In this document: positions 60,982 to 64,000 of the stretch, one piece after another
Layout of the letters: each line of letters starts with the position of its first letter
How positions within the stretch are numbered: position 1 is the stretch's first letter
Assembly: GCA_049968755.1 (NCBI GenBank)
Contig: JBMFQE010000010.1
Coordinates: 28,872 to 92,871 of the forward strand
Source: Bacteroidales bacterium
GTDB lineage: Bacteria > Bacteroidota > Bacteroidia > Bacteroidales > DTGW01
Direction: 5' to 3'
DNA length: 64,000 bases
Notes under the pieces: generated by a model
Seen by the model: the letters and a program-made list of their open reading frames with translations, nothing else
What the model was told of the DNA's origin: nothing
Database searches by the model: none
Position numbers and translations under genes: made by a program

Positions 60982-61767
60982 ATTTTTTCTGGTAGTATAA
61001 AAAACAATAATAATACCTGCCAATATAAAGGGTATGCTGAGGATTTGTCCCATAAACAGCGGAAGCGTAGTTTCAAATTCTTCCTGCGGATTTTTAATGA
61101 ATTCAATCAAAAAACGGGCACCAAATAGCAAGATAAGAAAAATACCGAAAGCAAGTCCTTTTTTGGGGAACCACCAATTTTTACGGTAAGCCGTGAATAG
61201 TAAAAGAAAAATAAGGAAATAGGATAGTGCCTCATAGATCTGAGTGGGATGTTTGGGCACAACTTCGCCTTCCCTTACAAAAATAAAACCCCAGGGTAAA
61301 TGGGTTTCGATTCCGTAAATTTCCGAATTCATTAAATTTCCGAAGCGAACAAACATTCCACCAATGGCAACAACCACTGCAATGCGGTCGAGAAGCCAGA
61401 GTAGGTCAGCCTGATTTTTTCTTGTCCATAGATATAATGTAATAAGTAACCCAATGGCAGCACCATGGCTAGCCAGACCACCTTTCCATATTGCAAGTAT
61501 TTCGAGGGGATTAGATAAATAATATCCAGGATCATAAAATAGCACATGTCCCAAACGTGCGCCTACAATAATACCCACTGCAACGTATACCGTAAGCTGA
61601 TCGAGTAATTCTATTTTATAGCCTTCCTGCTTGAAAAAAAATTTAAAAATATAGTAGCCCGTGATAAATGCAAGGGCAAACATCAAACCATACCAACGAA
61701 CAGCCAAAGGACCGATATGAAAAATTTCGGGATTGACGTTCCAATGAATATACAATAACGTATGCAT
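60967..61767 (-). CDS. lgt: Prolipoprotein diacylglyceryl transferase
   Basis: RWYG, GARLGHV, GGLASHG, RFGNLMNSE, HPTQIYE. Confidence 0.96.
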   Translation of the reverse strand: MHTLLYIHWNVNPEIFHIGPLAVRWYGLMFALAFITGYYIFKFFFKQEGYKIELLDQLTVYVAVGIIVGARLGHVLFYDPGYYLSNPLEILAIWKGGLASHGAAIGLLITLYLWTRKNQADLLWLLDRIAVVVAIGGMFVRFGNLMNSEIYGIETHLPWGFIFVREGEVVPKHPTQIYEALSYFLIFLLLFTAYRKNWWFPKKGLAFGIFLILLFGARFLIEFIKNPQEEFETTLPLFMGQILSIPFILAGIIIVFYTTRKNSAKK

Positions 61768-61887
61768 AGCAATTTGATAAAATTTGCTTTCCAAAAGTAC
61801 AAAAATGTTTAGCAATTGTAGTGAAGAATTTATGAAATGATTTTTAGGTTTTTTTTTTGGCAGGGTAACAGAATAAAATTTTTAACA

Positions 61888-61914
61888 CAAAAAGCTGCCC
61901 TAGGGCAGCTTTTG
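61888..61914 (-). terminator. Intrinsic terminator after the MBL-fold gene
   Basis: AAAAGCTGCC-CTAG-GGCAGCTTTT hairpin with T runs. Confidence 0.75.
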
Positions 61915-61931
61915 AGCAATGCACGATCAAT

Positions 61932-62663
61932 TCATTCGGTAGTTTTAATAATAACAACCATTTCTTTTTCGAGGAGAGATTTAAATTTTTGCGCATCGGC
62001 AGCAGTACCCTCATAGGCGCCCCAGTGCATGGGAATAGCAATCTCGGCCTTAACATCGCGTGCAGCATCGGCGGCCTCCTCAACCGAATTCATCGTATAG
62101 GTTTGTCCTAACGGTAACAAAGCAATATTTGCCGTAAAATTTTTCATTTCGGGAATACGTTCGGTGTCACCAGCATGGTAAACCACGATATTGCCCAACT
62201 TGAGCAAATAGCCCACCCATTGCTTTTCTTTGGGATGGAAATTGGTTTTTACTACATTATAGGCAGGAACAGTGGTAATAGAAATGTTAGGAGCAAGTTC
62301 AATGGTTTGTCCCGGTGCTACCTCAACAAATTCCTTACAGGTACCCGTATACCTGCATTCCTTAGGCCCGTATATTTTAGTTTTTGCAGTAGAAATTTTT
62401 GCAATGTCGGCAGGTGAAAAATGATCGCCATGTGGATGGGTGATAAGGATAAAGTCGGCTGAATCGGTATTATTAATACCCAGCGGGTCGAAATAGATGG
62501 TTTTTCCAAGTACCTGAATTTTAAAGCATGATTGTTTTATCCAGTGCAGGCTATCGGCAATATTCTGAGCGGTAAAGTTGATTTCTTCCTTGTCTTTGCC
62601 TTTGCATTGCGGAAAAAGATAAACCGCTGCAAAAATTACGGAGATAAGCAAACGTGTTTTCAT
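61932..62663 (-). CDS. MBL-fold metallo-hydrolase, probable lipoprotein
   Basis: MKTRLLISVIFAAVYLFPQC signal; THPHGDH, YHAGDT, IPMHWG. The ORF-track upstream extension is not credible. Confidence 0.88.
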   Translation of the reverse strand: MKTRLLISVIFAAVYLFPQCKGKDKEEINFTAQNIADSLHWIKQSCFKIQVLGKTIYFDPLGINNTDSADFILITHPHGDHFSPADIAKISTAKTKIYGPKECRYTGTCKEFVEVAPGQTIELAPNISITTVPAYNVVKTNFHPKEKQWVGYLLKLGNIVVYHAGDTERIPEMKNFTANIALLPLGQTYTMNSVEEAADAARDVKAEIAIPMHWGAYEGTAADAQKFKSLLEKEMVVIIKTTE

Positions 62664-62877
62664 GGCATAATTTTTTAGGTTAATAAGCTTAATTAAATTC
62701 ACTAATATAATGACAATATTAAACAACATTACCCTTATTTTGTACGAAAGTTTTTTACAGCATAGTTGAAAAGGATAAAAGTAATCAGTAATTTCTCTAC
62801 ACAAAGGGAAAAAGTTAATGGGGTAGCAAAAATTGCCGTGAAAAATTTTCTCTACCTTTACCAAAATTTGTTGATTC

Positions 62878-64000
62878 ATGTCGACCAACAAGCGCAAAAT
62901 TGTTAATGATCCGGTATATGGGTTTATCCACATATATTACGATATAATATTTGACTTAATTGAACATCCCTGGTTTCAGCGGCTAAGGCGCATACGGCAG
63001 CTGGGTCTTACTCACATGGTTTATCCGGGTGCCATGCACACAAGATTTCAACATGCTTTGGGAGCCATGCATTTGATGAACCAGGCCATTGAAGTTATTC
63101 GAGCTAAAGGTCACGAAATTACCGAACAGGAGGCTGAAGCTGCAAATATTGCTATCCTTTTGCATGATATTGGCCATGGGCCTTTTTCGCATGCGCTCGA
63201 ATATAGCTTGATAGAAAGTTTTACGCACGAACATCTTTCGCTATACATTATGCAGCAACTCAATGAGCAAATGCATGGGAGACTGCAAACGGCCATAGAA
63301 ATATTTACGCATCGTTATCGCAAAAAATTTTTGACCCAGCTGGTATCGGGCCAGCTCGACATGGATAGGCTCGATTACCTACGCCGCGATAGCTTTTTCA
63401 CCGGTGTATCGGAAGGGGTAATTGGCTCGGATCGTATCATCAAAATGTTGAATGTAGTAAACGACAGGTTGGTAGTGGAGGCAAAAGGGATTTACTCCAT
63501 AGAAAAATTTCTCATAGCCCGTCGTCTGATGTACTGGCAGGTATATTTACATAAAACCGTATTAGCCGCTGAAAATTTAATGGTCAATATTCTTAAGCGG
63601 GCCAAGTATTTGGCATTGAGGGGGGAAAAGCTTTTTGCAACGCCGGCACTGGAATTTTTTCTTACCCGACATTTTAGGGGAGAAAACAATTCACAGCAGG
63701 AGATTAAAAAAATGCTTGAGCATTTTTTACTTCTCGACGATAGCGATGTACTTTCGGCCATTAAGGTATGGCAGTATCATTCCGACAGGGTACTGTCGCT
63801 TCTCTGCCAGCAAATGAATAATCGGCGTTTATTCCGGATTGAGCTTCATAACCAGCCGATAGATCCGGCACGCATCAGACAGCTTGTACTGCGGGCTGCT
63901 GAAAAATATCGATTTACGCCAGAGGAAGCTGAATACTTTGTTTTTGAAGGAACAGTGTGGAGCGATACCTACAATGTATCGGACGACAGGATTAGTATAC
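62878..64000 (+). CDS. HD-domain phosphohydrolase (dNTPase-like; runs off the window)
   Basis: Not in the ORF track; hand translation MSTNKRKIVNDPVYGFI...RIRQLG...HTRFQHALG...LLHDIGHGPFSH...DMDRLDYLRRD. Confidence 0.92.
   Translation, partial: MSTNKRKIVNDPVYGFIHIYYDIIFDLIEHPWFQRLRRIRQLGLTHMVYPGAMHTRFQHALGAMHLMNQAIEVIRAKGHEITEQEAEAANIAILLHDIGHGPFSHALEYSLIESFTHEHLSLYIMQQLNEQMHGRLQTAIEIFTHRYRKKFLTQLVSGQLDMDRLDYLRRDSFFTGVSEGVIGSDRIIKMLNVVNDRLVVEAKGIYSIEKFLIARRLMYWQVYLHKTVLAAENLMVNILKRAKYLALRGEKLFATPALEFFLTRHFRGENNSQQEIKKMLEHFLLLDDSDVLSAIKVWQYHSDRVLSLLCQQMNNRRLFRIELHNQPIDPARIRQLVLRAAEKYRFTPEEAEYFVFEGTVWSDTYNVSDDRISI

Noticed and set aside
62924..62932. Perfect DnaA box TTATCCACA
   Set aside because: Single copy inside the HD-protein coding sequence; no cluster.
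62664..62933. 90-aa N-terminal extension of the MBL-fold ORF (similar extensions on rpiB, dtd, lgt, typA, atpF)
   Set aside because: The extension overlaps the divergent HD gene and precedes a clear signal peptide; these are ORF-caller artefacts and starts were trimmed.
2136..63817. Numerous 60-170 aa antisense or alternate-frame ORFs in the track
   Set aside because: They overlap well-supported genes and show no motifs; treated as shadow ORFs.

Overview
Core chromosomal region of a Bacteroidota bacterium, probably Bacteroidales. This is inferred from TAnnTTTG -7 promoter elements, a T9SS-type C-terminal domain and typical gene order. It holds about 60 mostly housekeeping CDSs (atpBEFHAG, yceD-rpmF-plsX-fabH, spt, typA, trpS, pheS, uvrC, mnmG, ruvB, nadA, lgt and others) and one tRNA-Gln. 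I found no CRISPR array, transposase or prophage. The window appears to span the replication origin: two perfect parS palindromes follow mnmG, and the AT-rich nadA-rpiB gap carries DnaA-trio-like and DnaA-box-like repeats where G/C strand bias flips. Most notable non-standard observations: (1) a ~105-bp hairpin element present twice inside unrelated operons, each time extending into the start codon of the downstream gene; (2) a BioB whose canonical [2Fe-2S] Arg ligand is Glu, coupled to a frameshifted ynfA; (3) a stand-alone NUMOD4-HNH-HTH protein that looks nuclease-dead; (4) a propeller-YYY-LuxR sensor paired with a non-catalytic repeat-stalk T9SS protein; (5) an spt-SDR sphingolipid gene pair; (6) a tiny lipoprotein dense in O-glycosylation sequons. 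All calls come from manual motif reading; no searches were run.
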